In this document: positions 11,277-23,200 of the stretch, one piece after another | Numbering within the stretch: position 1 is the stretch's first letter | Layout: each line of letters starts with the position of its first letter | Source of the DNA: an uncultured virus (IMG/VR IMGVR_UViG_3300007539_010416) | Lineage: Duplodnaviria > Heunggongvirae > Uroviricota > Caudoviricetes | IMG/VR virus record: IMGVR_UViG_3300007539_010416 | DNA: 64,000 bases | Direction: 5' to 3' (one strand) | Program-made: the position numbers and the translations under genes | Notes under the pieces: generated by a model | Seen by the model: the letters and a program-made list of their open reading frames with translations, nothing else | Databases searched by the model: none | What the model was told of the DNA's origin: nothing

Positions 11277-14180
11277 CTATTCTCCTTCCAGCATTAATGC
11301 GCCTAAGCTCTGCGGTCCTACAACAGTTCCATTTTTTGCAATACCAAACAAATAGTATCTTATCAATCCTACACTAGTTTTTACTTCTGATAAATAGCTA
11401 TAGCCTGTTTCTTGTTTTTGATTTCTTGAAGTAATATCTTTACTATGCATTGCGCCCTCAATTACAATATTTGGATCTTTGTTAAATTGCTTAACAATTA
11501 CATAGAAATCTATCAATGAATCTGACGAACCTACATCAAATTTTATTTTGGCAACTTTTTTTGGAATATAATTTTTATTTCTTTCGTCTCTATCTAACGT
11601 TTTAATAAGACTTACACTTGCATTTCGAACATCTATTTTCTTATCTAATGTCTGAATTGATACTGGTGGTAATCTTTCATATACAATATCACCTGTTACA
11701 CCTTCAAGAAAAAGATCGTTTTTATTTTTTTCTAAAAGACTTTCTATTGAAGAAATTGCGCCTTTTCTTCCTTGCACACCAGCGAATTTTGTTCCAACTG
11801 ATGATATTATATCCTTATTCAGTATTTTTTGCTTTGACACAAGCATTTTATTTAATGTAGATCTAGACTTACTCTTACTTTTGACTGCTAACTCAAGCGT
11901 CTTATAAACTTTATCAAGTACTTGAGAAGGAGGTATTATGTAAGGGTCAAATTTATAAATTTGCGTCGAAAATGCAGGTGAATAATCTGAAAAACTTGCT
12001 TTGTAAATTTTTGGAATATCTGATGATGCAGTAGAAGTCGTATCTTTTTGTTTGTATCCTCTAAAAGATCCTACAAATGAATATTCTCCTGTCAAAGTGT
12101 CAATTTTATGTACTCTGACACCGTAAATTAAGTTTGATGCATCTTTAATAGATGATAAATCATCATTAAACAAACTTCTATTATCGCCAAAAATTGAGTT
12201 AATTATCTTATCAACATCATCTTCTTCTCTATTTAAGGTCACATCAAATCTAACTCTTCGCTTAATTTGATTTGATCCTTCGTCAAAAATTGTTCTATCA
12301 GTTTCTTCTTTTCTGACTTCAGCTCGAACCAATCCTTCACGATCATCTCTTTTTTCTAAGAATCTATTTCCAGACAGATGAGAAAAACCAGATCGATTAT
12401 AGAGAATTGCTGCGTATTCATATATGACACCATTTTCAACATCTTCATCAGTAAAAGCAAAGCTGGCTTCACCTGTGTCTGAAAAATTTTCATCTCTCAC
12501 AAAAGACTTTTTGATATCTACAAATCTTCCATCAACTAAGTTTTTAAGAGGCGCAAAATCTGTTCCGCGAGTTCCTTTAGCAATTCTTTTAACAGGAAGA
12601 ACTGCAAAAACATCTTCAGATAAGTTAGAGACAAAAACATTTGTAATCTTTGCTTCTGGTTCTTGAGTTGCAATTACAGTACAGGAAAGTTGTTGTTCAT
12701 CTGATGTTGTGCTAGCTACTGATGCTGCATTTGTGTTTGCTATTTCTTCGCCTTCAAAATAAGGATTAATTCTTTGAAAAATAGTTTTTGATTTAGAAAA
12801 AAGTGGGCTTTTTAAATTCTGTTCTTTTCCGTCAGTCAACTTTAAGCTATTTTTAGATTTTATAAATATTTTTTCATCACTGTCTTCAAAAATTGCATTC
12901 ATATAGTTTTGAGATTTTGCAAAACTTTTTTGATGAAAGTTAAAATATGTGTCTTGTAACTCTTGATTATTTATTCTTGTAATAATATTACCTCGAGCAG
13001 TTCTTACACAATTTAAGTTAAAATCTATTGTTGGATTCTTTTCTGTTTGAAAAAGAGATGACGCATTTATTTTTTGTTCAAAAGAATCAATTCGCCTTCC
13101 GTGTTCATCAAAAGCAAAAAATATTAAGTTAAATCCGCCAGGACGCTGACTGAGACTTCTAATCTTAGCTCTAGACATTTCAAAAGTTGTTTTACAGATT
13201 CTGTTTCTATTGGAAACTTTCTTTTTTATAATCCTAAAGCCTAATTCTTCATTAGGTGTAGCATTTATCTTATCATTTGCTATTTTTTTAAATTGCCGCC
13301 TAAGATTTGTTTCTTTAGCTTTTTGATTTTTTTTACTTCCTCTAAGTCTATCTTCCAAAGTCATTTCTGGATCTTTTTGACTAAAAAAAATCAATGGATC
13401 TCTTCCCATCTTAATTTCGTAAAAATAGTTTTTTCTAAAATTTAAAACAGAAGGAAGCTCAAAACCATCATCAATCACTGGCAGGCTGTCTGTTGAAATA
13501 GATTTAAGTCGTTTATTTAATTTTCTAAACTTAGGTGTCGTAGTCCTTCTTACTTCAAAAACATTTCTTCTACCAAATAATTCATCATCAGTTTGTGTAA
13601 TGCCCTGTATATTTTTAATTACAGCGGAACCTAAAATTTGATTTACATTAAGCTTAGTTAAAAATTTTAAATTTTTAAACTTTTCTATCATTGAATTTTG
13701 ATTAAGATTATCAATATCATAAACTACATTAATAATATTTGTCCTTACTTCTCTTTCATTGACTATACTGTCTGCTTCTTGTTCTTCAATGTGCCTTTCT
13801 AGCTTATCTTCTTCTGTTTCTTTTCTGCTAATCTTTTTTGATTTTTTTCTATCAAAAAGACTTAACGCTCCCTGTCTTTTATCTGAACGTTTTGATTTTG
13901 CTTCTTGAATTAAACTTCTTCTAGCTTTTAGCTCTTCAAGTGACACATTTGACACAAAAACTTTCACATCAGTTACTTTTTCTTCCAAAAGAACTCTTTG
14001 ATCAATTAAACATGCAATTTCAACCGTCAAGATGTCATATGTCTTATTGGACTGAAGTGAACTAATTTTATTAACAACAGAGATAGTGCGCTTATCTAGC
14101 ACACGTGAACTCAAATCAACATTAGGTGATGTTAAAAATATCTTCTTTTTTGTTTTTGTTGTTATCATCAATTTACTCAA
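11277..14180 (-). CDS. Large hypothetical protein, Lys/Arg-rich, with possible FN3-like segment
   Basis: 967 aa ORF; FTDEDVENGVIYEYAAI resembles an FN3 C-terminal motif. Confidence 0.45.
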   Translation of the reverse strand: MSKLMITTKTKKKIFLTSPNVDLSSRVLDKRTISVVNKISSLQSNKTYDILTVEIACLIDQRVLLEEKVTDVKVFVSNVSLEELKARRSLIQEAKSKRSDKRQGALSLFDRKKSKKISRKETEEDKLERHIEEQEADSIVNEREVRTNIINVVYDIDNLNQNSMIEKFKNLKFLTKLNVNQILGSAVIKNIQGITQTDDELFGRRNVFEVRRTTTPKFRKLNKRLKSISTDSLPVIDDGFELPSVLNFRKNYFYEIKMGRDPLIFFSQKDPEMTLEDRLRGSKKNQKAKETNLRRQFKKIANDKINATPNEELGFRIIKKKVSNRNRICKTTFEMSRAKIRSLSQRPGGFNLIFFAFDEHGRRIDSFEQKINASSLFQTEKNPTIDFNLNCVRTARGNIITRINNQELQDTYFNFHQKSFAKSQNYMNAIFEDSDEKIFIKSKNSLKLTDGKEQNLKSPLFSKSKTIFQRINPYFEGEEIANTNAASVASTTSDEQQLSCTVIATQEPEAKITNVFVSNLSEDVFAVLPVKRIAKGTRGTDFAPLKNLVDGRFVDIKKSFVRDENFSDTGEASFAFTDEDVENGVIYEYAAILYNRSGFSHLSGNRFLEKRDDREGLVRAEVRKEETDRTIFDEGSNQIKRRVRFDVTLNREEDDVDKIINSIFGDNRSLFNDDLSSIKDASNLIYGVRVHKIDTLTGEYSFVGSFRGYKQKDTTSTASSDIPKIYKASFSDYSPAFSTQIYKFDPYIIPPSQVLDKVYKTLELAVKSKSKSRSTLNKMLVSKQKILNKDIISSVGTKFAGVQGRKGAISSIESLLEKNKNDLFLEGVTGDIVYERLPPVSIQTLDKKIDVRNASVSLIKTLDRDERNKNYIPKKVAKIKFDVGSSDSLIDFYVIVKQFNKDPNIVIEGAMHSKDITSRNQKQETGYSYLSEVKTSVGLIRYYLFGIAKNGTVVGPQSLGALMLEGE

Positions 14181-15228
14181 GTATTATAGTAAAAATATTT
14201 ATAAAAGTAGGAGTATTTAAATCATCCATATATATTTTACCTGCATAAAAAACTCTCTTTTCAGGATAAAATTCGCTAGTATTGTCTCTAAAAGAGCCTG
14301 CATCAATAAGATCTAATTTAATTAATTTAGAGTCAGGTCCGTCTTCAAAGATTTGCATAATTAAATTATTTTGGTCTGAAGTTTTATCAAAATAAACAGT
14401 TTTGTATTGTTTAAAATTTGTCTTATAGGGTGACTCTAAAGATATTCTATTAATAACATCAAAGTCTCCTATTTTGTCTGTCCTGAGACCTGAACTTGAT
14501 CTTCTCTTTCTGACACCTTCTTCAGACAGAAAGTCACTAAATCCTTCGTTTCCTAATTCATTTTTTATGTCTTCTAATGTCTCTTTTTTTAAACTTCTTA
14601 TATCTTCATAAACTCCATAACTTGATCCATCTGAATTTACGGGCGGTAAGAAATCAAAATTTGGTAAATGAGTTAGCTTTGAATCAAGAAAAAAGGGTTC
14701 CGCGTCGTTTATGTTGATGGTCTCAGAATGCGGACCTAAGGGAAAAGGCACACTATTTGAAATTGAAAATGTTATTCTTTCAGCACTTAGTTCAAAATCA
14801 TTTCCAGACTTTTCAAAAGTACTTAGTGTCTGGAGCGAGTTAAAATGAGAAGTAAAAGATTTCATAATTGAAGCCGCAGTTGAAGCAAAAGCGGATCCAG
14901 TAACTGCAGTCAATTTTAGGCTACTTGTAACTGTTGTATCTTTATTAAAAATATCATTGCCAACAATACTGCCAGTAGGTGAAAAATTAAATTCAATCAT
15001 TTTCCCACTATCATCTTTTTCTAAAACAACAATGTTGTTATGAGAATCCATCGCTTGAAAAAATATTCTATTACTGACATCATCGACTTCAAGAGAGTCA
15101 TAAAAAGTTTCTGCATCACTGACTGATGCATATTCTGCACGCAACATTCCATTTGCAATCTGACGTTTACCTTCTTGCGTGACAATCATATCAATAAATC
15201 TAGTTTTACTATCTAGAATTCCTGCCAT
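14173..15228 (-). CDS. Virion structural protein, N-terminal paralog of 4242..4940
   Basis: GILDSKTRFIDMIVTQEGKRQIA aligns by eye with GFLDHSTNNIIVDAVLTDAGRRALA. Confidence 0.5.
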   Translation of the reverse strand: MAGILDSKTRFIDMIVTQEGKRQIANGMLRAEYASVSDAETFYDSLEVDDVSNRIFFQAMDSHNNIVVLEKDDSGKMIEFNFSPTGSIVGNDIFNKDTTVTSSLKLTAVTGSAFASTAASIMKSFTSHFNSLQTLSTFEKSGNDFELSAERITFSISNSVPFPLGPHSETININDAEPFFLDSKLTHLPNFDFLPPVNSDGSSYGVYEDIRSLKKETLEDIKNELGNEGFSDFLSEEGVRKRRSSSGLRTDKIGDFDVINRISLESPYKTNFKQYKTVYFDKTSDQNNLIMQIFEDGPDSKLIKLDLIDAGSFRDNTSEFYPEKRVFYAGKIYMDDLNTPTFINIFTIILE

Positions 15229-15249
15229 TGTTTATCCTCAATATAAATA

Positions 15250-18200
15250 TCATCCCTCATAAAAAGCGCCAGTCAAAACTGAATTTATTGTTTTATTAAC
15301 GGATGAAGAAGAATCTGCAGTTATTGCTGTGTATTTCTGAACACCTGTCGTGTCTGATACAGAACCTGACACGAATCGAATTGTAACAGGTGCTTGTAAA
15401 GCACCACCTTTTAGAGAATTTAACAAACCTGATCTTCTTGTCTTAATGTTCTGAGTTGTCTTGCTATCTTTTGCCTGATCTAAAAAGTGTATTAACTGTC
15501 CATATTTTCTTGTATCAAGATAATATTTAGGCCGAATTGGATTTCCACCTGTTTGCATAGTTCCAAAACTGCTATTTGAATAGCCAATATCTCCATTACT
15601 AAGTAAACTATCTGAATATATTCTTATGCTATCTTCTGTGGGTGACACGCGCACAAAACTGCCTAACGTTGAATCAAGTAAATTATTGCCTCCTGAAAAG
15701 TTTGATCGATTTATGCCGTGATAATTATCAAGACCGCTGTCTATGCTAAAACCACTCTTTAGATAAATAGTTCTATCTCCTGTAGTTCCACCGGCTCCTT
15801 GAGTTAAGTATAGGCGTGCATACCAATTATATATATCGGCAAACGACGGAGGACCAACAAATACGAAAGTCGTGCTGTCTGGAACAATATCAAGTGAAGA
15901 TGCGATTATGGCCGATCTGAGCCTGTCAAGCGTATATTTAGCTCTTGTAGAAGTAGAAGCGTTAGAATAAATATTTATTGAAAATGAGTTAACAGGTAAT
16001 GCATAAACAGTGTTTAATCCATTCCCTACGTCTGTTCCGTCCCAGCCAGCACTAGGGTCTTGCGTGTGGAGGTAATTATTAATGCTGGTATCGATGCTGT
16101 CAAAGACGCTCCACCAGTTAATAGAACCACCCACACCTGCGAGTTGATTATAATCTATAACATTTCCTGTGATATCTTGATAGTTTCCAATCCAACTGCT
16201 AGCACTACCTCCGCCACCGTCGTCGTCCCAGTCATAGACTGTAACGCCTCCAGTAGTTCCCCAGGAACCTCCTTGAGGAGCATAAGGTGAATCTTCAAAA
16301 AAGAAAAAGAATCCATAATTTCCTAAGTGATCTTGAAGAATAAGTAAGTCTCCATCATCGACACCTCCAGGATCGGAGAGCGCTTCCGTGGGGTCACCAA
16401 TTGTGACACTACCTCGTGAAGCGCCCCCTTGACCTTTTGGAGTTGTTAATCGACTTTGAACAAGGGCACCGACTCTAGTCGTAGGTTCTTCAGTAGTTGC
16501 AGCAACAAAATTGTCCAAATAATTTCCAAAATTTTCAATTGCTCTTGAGAGTTCAAATTGATCAATAACAGGTTCACTTCCAATCATCTCGTGAGCAGAA
16601 TCAGATCCTAGATTCTGATTAACTGTTTCATGAAACTCAATACTATCTTGAAGCTGGGATCCAAAAAGTGTAAGTTTTGACTTGCCGTAAAGTGTCATCG
16701 AGTTAAATCTAGTACAAGAAGACCCGGGTGCTCGTTGTCTAATCATACTAGTCATAGGATATTGCCATCCTAACACCAGATTATCTTCAGGCATAATAAT
16801 ATAAGGCGAATAGTTGTCAAAAGATTGAGCATTCTGAACTTCGACGTCTATAGGCAAAAACCCAGCTTCTGCAGAGGTAATTTTAAAAATTCCTTCGGAA
16901 GAAAGCGTAGGTGTACCACTAGTTAATCCTCTAGCAGAGCTATCTAAATTACCATAAGCTCTTCCTCCTAGTCTATTATCTAATCTTAGACCGATAGAAT
17001 TGTTATTAGAGTTTTGAATTCTTGCTGTCACGCCACCTTTTACTTTTCCAGTGACTCGACAAGGAAAATTAATAACAAAAGATCCTGTTAGAGGATTAAT
17101 AGTTGCATTATTATTTAATTGACCCGATCCTTGTCCATTAGCCTGTAAAATATCGACTTCAGCATCTCTAGAAATACCTTTGTCTAGAACGTCTCTTATG
17201 CTAAAGTTATGAGCCTCTGCACTAGAGCTCGTAAACAGTGTTATCTGCCCATAAGTTATCATCTCTCTTGATGATTCTATGTAAGTCAAATCTTCATTTT
17301 TTATACTCAGATTTGCATAGCTAGGACTCTGTATTGTCCTAGAAGATTCAGTCAAATATTGTCTATAATCATAATCATATTCTACACTTGTTGAAAAGTT
17401 ATCATAGTCTTGTTGTCTAAGAATAAAGAATGTAGGGATCCAAGCTCGATGAGTTGCCTCAACTGCTCTATAAGAAGGACTCCCGCTATTGTTATAGCTA
17501 TACAGTAAACCGTATGCACGCTCAGAGGCATCACCGCCAGGAGCAGATTGATCAAATGGAAATTCAAATTTTGAGTCAAAAGAAATTTGACATTTTTCTA
17601 AAACAAAGGGCTTGGTGATTCCTAAATCACTAGCTTTTACATATTGACTTGCAGTTGCATGATATTTTCCTTCAAAAGGAAATCCAAAAACTGATGTGGG
17701 TCTTACATAAGAACTCAAAACATTAGTTGGGTACACAACTTGATTTGCATAGCTACTGTCAGACCCTGTTGAGACAACATCTATGCTTGAAAAGCCTAGA
17801 GCACCAGATGCTATCATGTTTTCTAGAGAGTTACCCATGGCATTTCCAGAAACACCCTGCGCTATTTTTTCCCAGCGCCTCAAGTCATTATTCCAATAAA
17901 CCATCAACTGTTGTTTAATTGTGTCGTCAGTTTCGCTACTAGGATTAACTGTACTTGCAGGTGTTGTCATTCCAAAAGTCGTTTCTTCATTTGGAGAAAG
18001 ATCAAAAACTATCTGCGTTTTTGACCAAAGAGGAGAAGACATGCCCGGAATAATGTCCGGATCAGACCCTTGTTGAAAAAAGTAATCTTCGGGACGAATA
18101 TTGATTCTTGCATCGTCAAAAGCACTTACCCCTTCACCCGGAGTAAACTTTATGTGAACGTCACTTATTCCTGAAATTGATCGTCCGGGAGCAACAATAG

Positions 18201-19086
18201 TTGGTGTAGAATGAGGAGATGCGATAGCACCGCTTGCAACTTTTTGCCCTATTCTCGAAGTGACATCTATCATCAAAGGATAGTTGACGTTTTCATTGTA
18301 ATAGTCAATATTTACGTATCCGATGGCCCATTCTGCTTGATTTGAATCCGTGACTGACGTTTGAGCAAATCGAAGATAAAATTCAGAATTTCCTACAATA
18401 GAAAAATCAGCGGGCGTTAGTTTGATTTTAGTTCTCTTTCTCTTTTGAAGAAGAGCAGTAAAAGCAGGCAGAGAAGTAAAGGAAGATTCTGTAAAAAGAG
18501 TGTCAACATTTCCTGTCAAAGTCTTTATTGTTATCCAAGTTCCAGAGAGGCCAGTTATACTTACTTGTATTTTAAATCCGGTAGCTTCATCGGCGCCAGG
18601 AGACTTTAAACCTAACCCATACCCTAATACAGTTCTAGACTCATTATAGGGACCAAAAATAATATCAGCTTCTATTGTCGGATTTTTAATTTTCTTTTTA
18701 GTCCGCAACCATCGACCCTCAGAATCACCTGCACCCGCGAGAACCAAAGCGCCGTCTTGAGCAGTTGATCCTGCTTCTTTTGTAAAGAGCTCTTTTCTTA
18801 TTTCTAAGTCACCTGACTGTACCCATGCGCTTGTGTCAATATTCTTTGTATAACCTAAGATTCCATCAACTTTATCCTTGTCGAGAAGCTCAAAATTATC
18901 TCTAATTCGTCTGCCAAAAGTAATTGTGTTTGTATCGTCAAACTGTGTTTTATAATTACCGATTCTATCTTTGTCACCCATTCTTAGTATTGTTGGGTAA
19001 GAGCCTGTAGCATTATCATTCTCTTTTATAATAAGACGCGCAGGAATATTTAAAAAACCTGATTTTTTAGATCCACTTCTTGGCAT
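15250..19086 (-). CDS. Large tail/baseplate-associated protein (1278 aa) with an apparent inserted Gly/Asp/aromatic-rich domain
   Basis: Ser/Gly/Thr-rich ORF in the structural operon. Confidence 0.45.
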   Translation of the reverse strand: MPRSGSKKSGFLNIPARLIIKENDNATGSYPTILRMGDKDRIGNYKTQFDDTNTITFGRRIRDNFELLDKDKVDGILGYTKNIDTSAWVQSGDLEIRKELFTKEAGSTAQDGALVLAGAGDSEGRWLRTKKKIKNPTIEADIIFGPYNESRTVLGYGLGLKSPGADEATGFKIQVSITGLSGTWITIKTLTGNVDTLFTESSFTSLPAFTALLQKRKRTKIKLTPADFSIVGNSEFYLRFAQTSVTDSNQAEWAIGYVNIDYYNENVNYPLMIDVTSRIGQKVASGAIASPHSTPTIVAPGRSISGISDVHIKFTPGEGVSAFDDARINIRPEDYFFQQGSDPDIIPGMSSPLWSKTQIVFDLSPNEETTFGMTTPASTVNPSSETDDTIKQQLMVYWNNDLRRWEKIAQGVSGNAMGNSLENMIASGALGFSSIDVVSTGSDSSYANQVVYPTNVLSSYVRPTSVFGFPFEGKYHATASQYVKASDLGITKPFVLEKCQISFDSKFEFPFDQSAPGGDASERAYGLLYSYNNSGSPSYRAVEATHRAWIPTFFILRQQDYDNFSTSVEYDYDYRQYLTESSRTIQSPSYANLSIKNEDLTYIESSREMITYGQITLFTSSSAEAHNFSIRDVLDKGISRDAEVDILQANGQGSGQLNNNATINPLTGSFVINFPCRVTGKVKGGVTARIQNSNNNSIGLRLDNRLGGRAYGNLDSSARGLTSGTPTLSSEGIFKITSAEAGFLPIDVEVQNAQSFDNYSPYIIMPEDNLVLGWQYPMTSMIRQRAPGSSCTRFNSMTLYGKSKLTLFGSQLQDSIEFHETVNQNLGSDSAHEMIGSEPVIDQFELSRAIENFGNYLDNFVAATTEEPTTRVGALVQSRLTTPKGQGGASRGSVTIGDPTEALSDPGGVDDGDLLILQDHLGNYGFFFFFEDSPYAPQGGSWGTTGGVTVYDWDDDGGGGSASSWIGNYQDITGNVIDYNQLAGVGGSINWWSVFDSIDTSINNYLHTQDPSAGWDGTDVGNGLNTVYALPVNSFSINIYSNASTSTRAKYTLDRLRSAIIASSLDIVPDSTTFVFVGPPSFADIYNWYARLYLTQGAGGTTGDRTIYLKSGFSIDSGLDNYHGINRSNFSGGNNLLDSTLGSFVRVSPTEDSIRIYSDSLLSNGDIGYSNSSFGTMQTGGNPIRPKYYLDTRKYGQLIHFLDQAKDSKTTQNIKTRRSGLLNSLKGGALQAPVTIRFVSGSVSDTTGVQKYTAITADSSSSVNKTINSVLTGAFYEG

Positions 19087-19087
19087 A

Positions 19088-20224
19088 TTAATTCCTATTA
19101 GTTGAAATAAACGCTATCGAGTCTGTTCCTGCATTTATAAATCTATTTTCAGCGATTATAACATAATTAGGTGTTCCGATAAAACCTGCATTTGAAGATC
19201 TAAATCTTGTTCCTAATTCTGGAACTTGTCTTTCTGAAGCAATAGATCCCGAGTACTCACTACCAATAAAATCTCTCATTCTGTTCACAAAAGATATTTT
19301 TCTATCAGAAGAAGACTCAACATAGGGTGACATAATTCTATTTTCATCTGGCACCGGTGCTTCTTGAGCAAAAGACCCGGATATTGTATAACCCTTTCTG
19401 GGGCTAAAAGTTACTTCTCCATACAAAATATCTTGTGCATCTTCAAAAATAGAGCAAGCTGCTTGATCGATCTCAAATTTTGTCTCTATCGGTGCTGCAC
19501 CCTGTCCATAAGAATAGAAATTTTCATTTGACATCGAACCTTTGAAACCCTTAATCATGATGTCTGAAATACTGGTGTTTGCAAAGCTATCTCTTATCTC
19601 AAAAACTTCGATTGCTCCGTTCATATCGTCCGGATCAATAAAATTATCAATGTTTCTGGTTAAGTCTGTTATAATCATATATTGCAGAATATAGTTTCCT
19701 GCAGAGACAAAAGCAACTGGGTCTAAAATTCCCGGAAAGTCTTCAAAGGGAATAGCTTTTCTATTAATTTTATCATATGATTTAAACAGCTTTGGTATTC
19801 CATAATTGTTAAAAGCTGCCGCATGATTTACATGATTTTTTGGAGTTAAAAAATTCTCTCTATTAATTGATATATGTGGGACATTCATTCTACCGAACTG
19901 AGCGATATCCTTTACGTTCTTTCCACTTCTATTCGCATCGAAATCAGCAACAGTAAGATTTTCTCCGAGCAAAGTAACGGGTCCTATTCTTACACCGCCT
20001 GTATCAGTTAACTCATAATTCTTTTCAGCCTGACTTACACGATTAACTTGACTTCCGATTCTTAATGAAGCAGCTGTAGAATACGCTCCTGTTAGCGGAG
20101 TAGATAAATTATTTGTATAATTAATTACTACTTTTTTTGACATTAGTCCGTGTGTGTCAATAATCAGACTGTCAATTTCTGCGTCTATATCTAATAAAAT
20201 ATTTGTTGCTACTGATGTGGGCAT
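19088..20224 (-). CDS. Hypothetical structural protein
   Basis: 378 aa ORF abutting its neighbours in the baseplate operon. Confidence 0.45.
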   Translation of the reverse strand: MPTSVATNILLDIDAEIDSLIIDTHGLMSKKVVINYTNNLSTPLTGAYSTAASLRIGSQVNRVSQAEKNYELTDTGGVRIGPVTLLGENLTVADFDANRSGKNVKDIAQFGRMNVPHISINRENFLTPKNHVNHAAAFNNYGIPKLFKSYDKINRKAIPFEDFPGILDPVAFVSAGNYILQYMIITDLTRNIDNFIDPDDMNGAIEVFEIRDSFANTSISDIMIKGFKGSMSNENFYSYGQGAAPIETKFEIDQAACSIFEDAQDILYGEVTFSPRKGYTISGSFAQEAPVPDENRIMSPYVESSSDRKISFVNRMRDFIGSEYSGSIASERQVPELGTRFRSSNAGFIGTPNYVIIAENRFINAGTDSIAFISTNRN

Positions 20225-20227
20225 ATT

Positions 20228-23200
20228 TTACACCTTTTTTATTTTTCCTACAAATTGGCTTAACAGTAAGTTTCCTCTACTGGGGTCTCTGGGAAGAGAT
20301 TTTAGATAAATTTCATCATATAGGTATTTCATCTTATTTCTTTCTAAGACATGTGACTCATAAATAAAGTTTATCCCTATGAAATTAGTTGATCTTGGAA
20401 CCATTGAAAAAACAATATCTGTAAAAGAATTGTCAATCCATTTAAATATTGTTCTAAATTTACCTAAGTCAGCTTTTTCTAACACATTGTTAAAAAATAT
20501 GTTTCTTAAATGATCTAGCTCAACATAAGATTCTGCGAACAGATTGTTGGGACGACCTAGTGCATCATCAATAGCTGAAAAGTTTGAAAACATTGTCATC
20601 GCATTCTCGTTAAGCCCTCTGAAAACGCCCATATCTATTGAAAATCTATTATCGTCAACGTTCTCTTCACTTAAGGGTATCTGATAGACAGGTGCAATTT
20701 GTGCGTAATTAGCGTCAGTTATCATACTTGAATCTTGATAAGATCTTACTCTTACTTTATTTTTTGCAATATTTGTATCAAAAAGCGAAGATAGTATTTC
20801 AAACTGAACTCTAACAGGAGACATTATTTTTTTATTTGTCTCGAAATTAGATCCTTCAAAGTGTAAATTATTCTGACTAAAGTCGAAAAATCTTATATTA
20901 CCAGAACTATCTGAGCCTGTTGTTGATTGTTTACCGTTTGTTTGCATAATTATTCTTTCAAAAGAACCAGAAATATTTTTTTCAAAATTATAATTCTTCT
21001 TAGGGTCAAAAACTCCTACAGACGCGTGATTTTTAACATGTTCTAGCCATTCCGTATTATCAATATATTTTGACCACAGAATGCAATTTGAAACTAAACC
21101 GTCAAAGCTTGAGCTTTGTGCTAAAGTATTGGATGCATTATTTAAGTATCCTGATCCAAAGCTTCCAAAATTTTGTCTTCCTATTACCAAAAACGAACCG
21201 CTTGCGTTATAAGAAGAATTTTTTGTCTTAAGCGCAGACAATGTAGGCGTTGAATAGTGAGAAGAAGTTTGATGATATTCTAACAATTCACCGCTTTCTT
21301 GTTTTGCAGCTCTTAAGAAATGTATCATTCTATCAGTATTACCAATGTCGTGTGAGGCTTTAGTACCAAAAGAAATATGCCAAATGTCTTCGTCGTATAT
21401 GTTAATACCGGTTAAAAATAAGTGTTTAACATCTGCTCCTGACTCATCTCTTACAAATAAGTTTAGAGAATTATTAGTGTCAGAAACAAGATTGACTAAT
21501 ACATTTTCTTGAGAAGACCCAGTAGTGTGAAGTCTTATTAAGCTTTGAGATCCAGAAGCAGCTGTATTGTATTTGTATAATCCTTCATATGTAAAAGATC
21601 CACTTGTAAAAAGACCATCATTTTCATTGTTGCTAAAACCATCCACGAAAGAGCCGGCTATTAACGGAATGCCTGGTTGAGATCTAGATCCTGATAGAAA
21701 GCTAGATTTAAGTCTAGGAATGTTATTCGTTGGATATCCTTGTGCATCATAGCTTGCAATAGAAGCATTTTTCGAGCCTGAAAAGTTTAAGAAACCAATT
21801 ACATCAATCTTGTCTTGTCTCGAAGTCTCAAGTGACTTCATTTGAGCACCACCGTATTCTCTAAAAGTCAATATATTGTCAGGCTCAATGCCTGCAGATC
21901 TAAACACTGACTTGATCGAATCGATGGTTCCTTTAGTTAATTTCATATTAACAGAGTCTGAAATTATTCTTCTCCAAATCATATTTTGTATGTGATTTAG
22001 AGTAATGCTGGCGTTACCAAAGTCTTCAGTTAAATTTATTCCAGATATTAATTGTGATACTTCCGCAGAAGAGAAAAGTTTAGGCAATGTAATATTAAGA
22101 TCTCCTGCTCTCCGCTGTAAAAATACATCAGGAGTAGTATCGTATTCTTCATACCTTGTATAATTTGTTGCAGTTACAGCATCAACAAGCAATTTCATTT
22201 CATCAAAAAACTTTGACCAAGAAAGTAAAAATTTAACTAGGAGTGTAGCACTAGGTATTTCACTAATCTGCTTTCCTGGAAATTTATCTGATCCGGCTGA
22301 AAAGACATTTCCTAAATTACCTAATGTAGAAGAGAAATTTTCTTGATTATTTGCTTCTAAAAAATAATGCGGAGGTATTAGTTTAGTTATAAGATTAGGA
22401 TTGACTTCATCGTATTCACTCCCAGACGTCAACAATGTTGTATTTAAGTTTTCAACCGGAGTATAGTCAGGAAAAAGAACCGGGTGTCTATTGATAATTT
22501 CATTTTTGACAGGATTGTCAGAACCCGTAACTCTTGTAAAATTGTCTAAGTAATTATTGATTCTTGCATGAAGATTGCTTTTTGAACTATCTAGCAAAAT
22601 AGATCTTGCTGAGTAGCTACCACTAGGTTCATTAAATTTATAGTATAGTTTTAAATAATCGTCAGGATAAACTGAGGTGTATTTTTCTTCTTTTAACTCT
22701 TTTATGTTTTTTGCATAGTGATAGTATCTCAATTCATCAATTGAACCTGAAAATGTCTGCTGTTGATCAAAAATTACTTCATTAATTCTCACTTGTTCGC
22801 CAGAACCTATAACTAAATCAGCAGCTTCATAATACAGACTGTTAAAAACAGTGCTCATGCTAGACGAATATACCAAATCACCTATGACCAACTTTGTCTT
22901 TTCATCCCCTTCCGGATCATAAATTGCAGAGACATTAATAAACGAGCCTTTGTTAATTGAACCGGTAACATAAGAGAAATTAGAACCCGATGTAATACCA
23001 AAGACTAAAGTAGCATCTGACGTTGATAAAGAAGATGATAGTGCTAGTGTAAAATTATTTGATAGTGCTTGCTTTTTTTGAATAATAATTTGATTGTCAT
23101 TTTGTTGTTTAGGTATCTTGCAAAAAAAAGAAATGGTCAAAGGTTCTTTTTTTGGATCGAGTACAGCTTTAGCACTTTTTATACTAGACAACGAAGAAAA

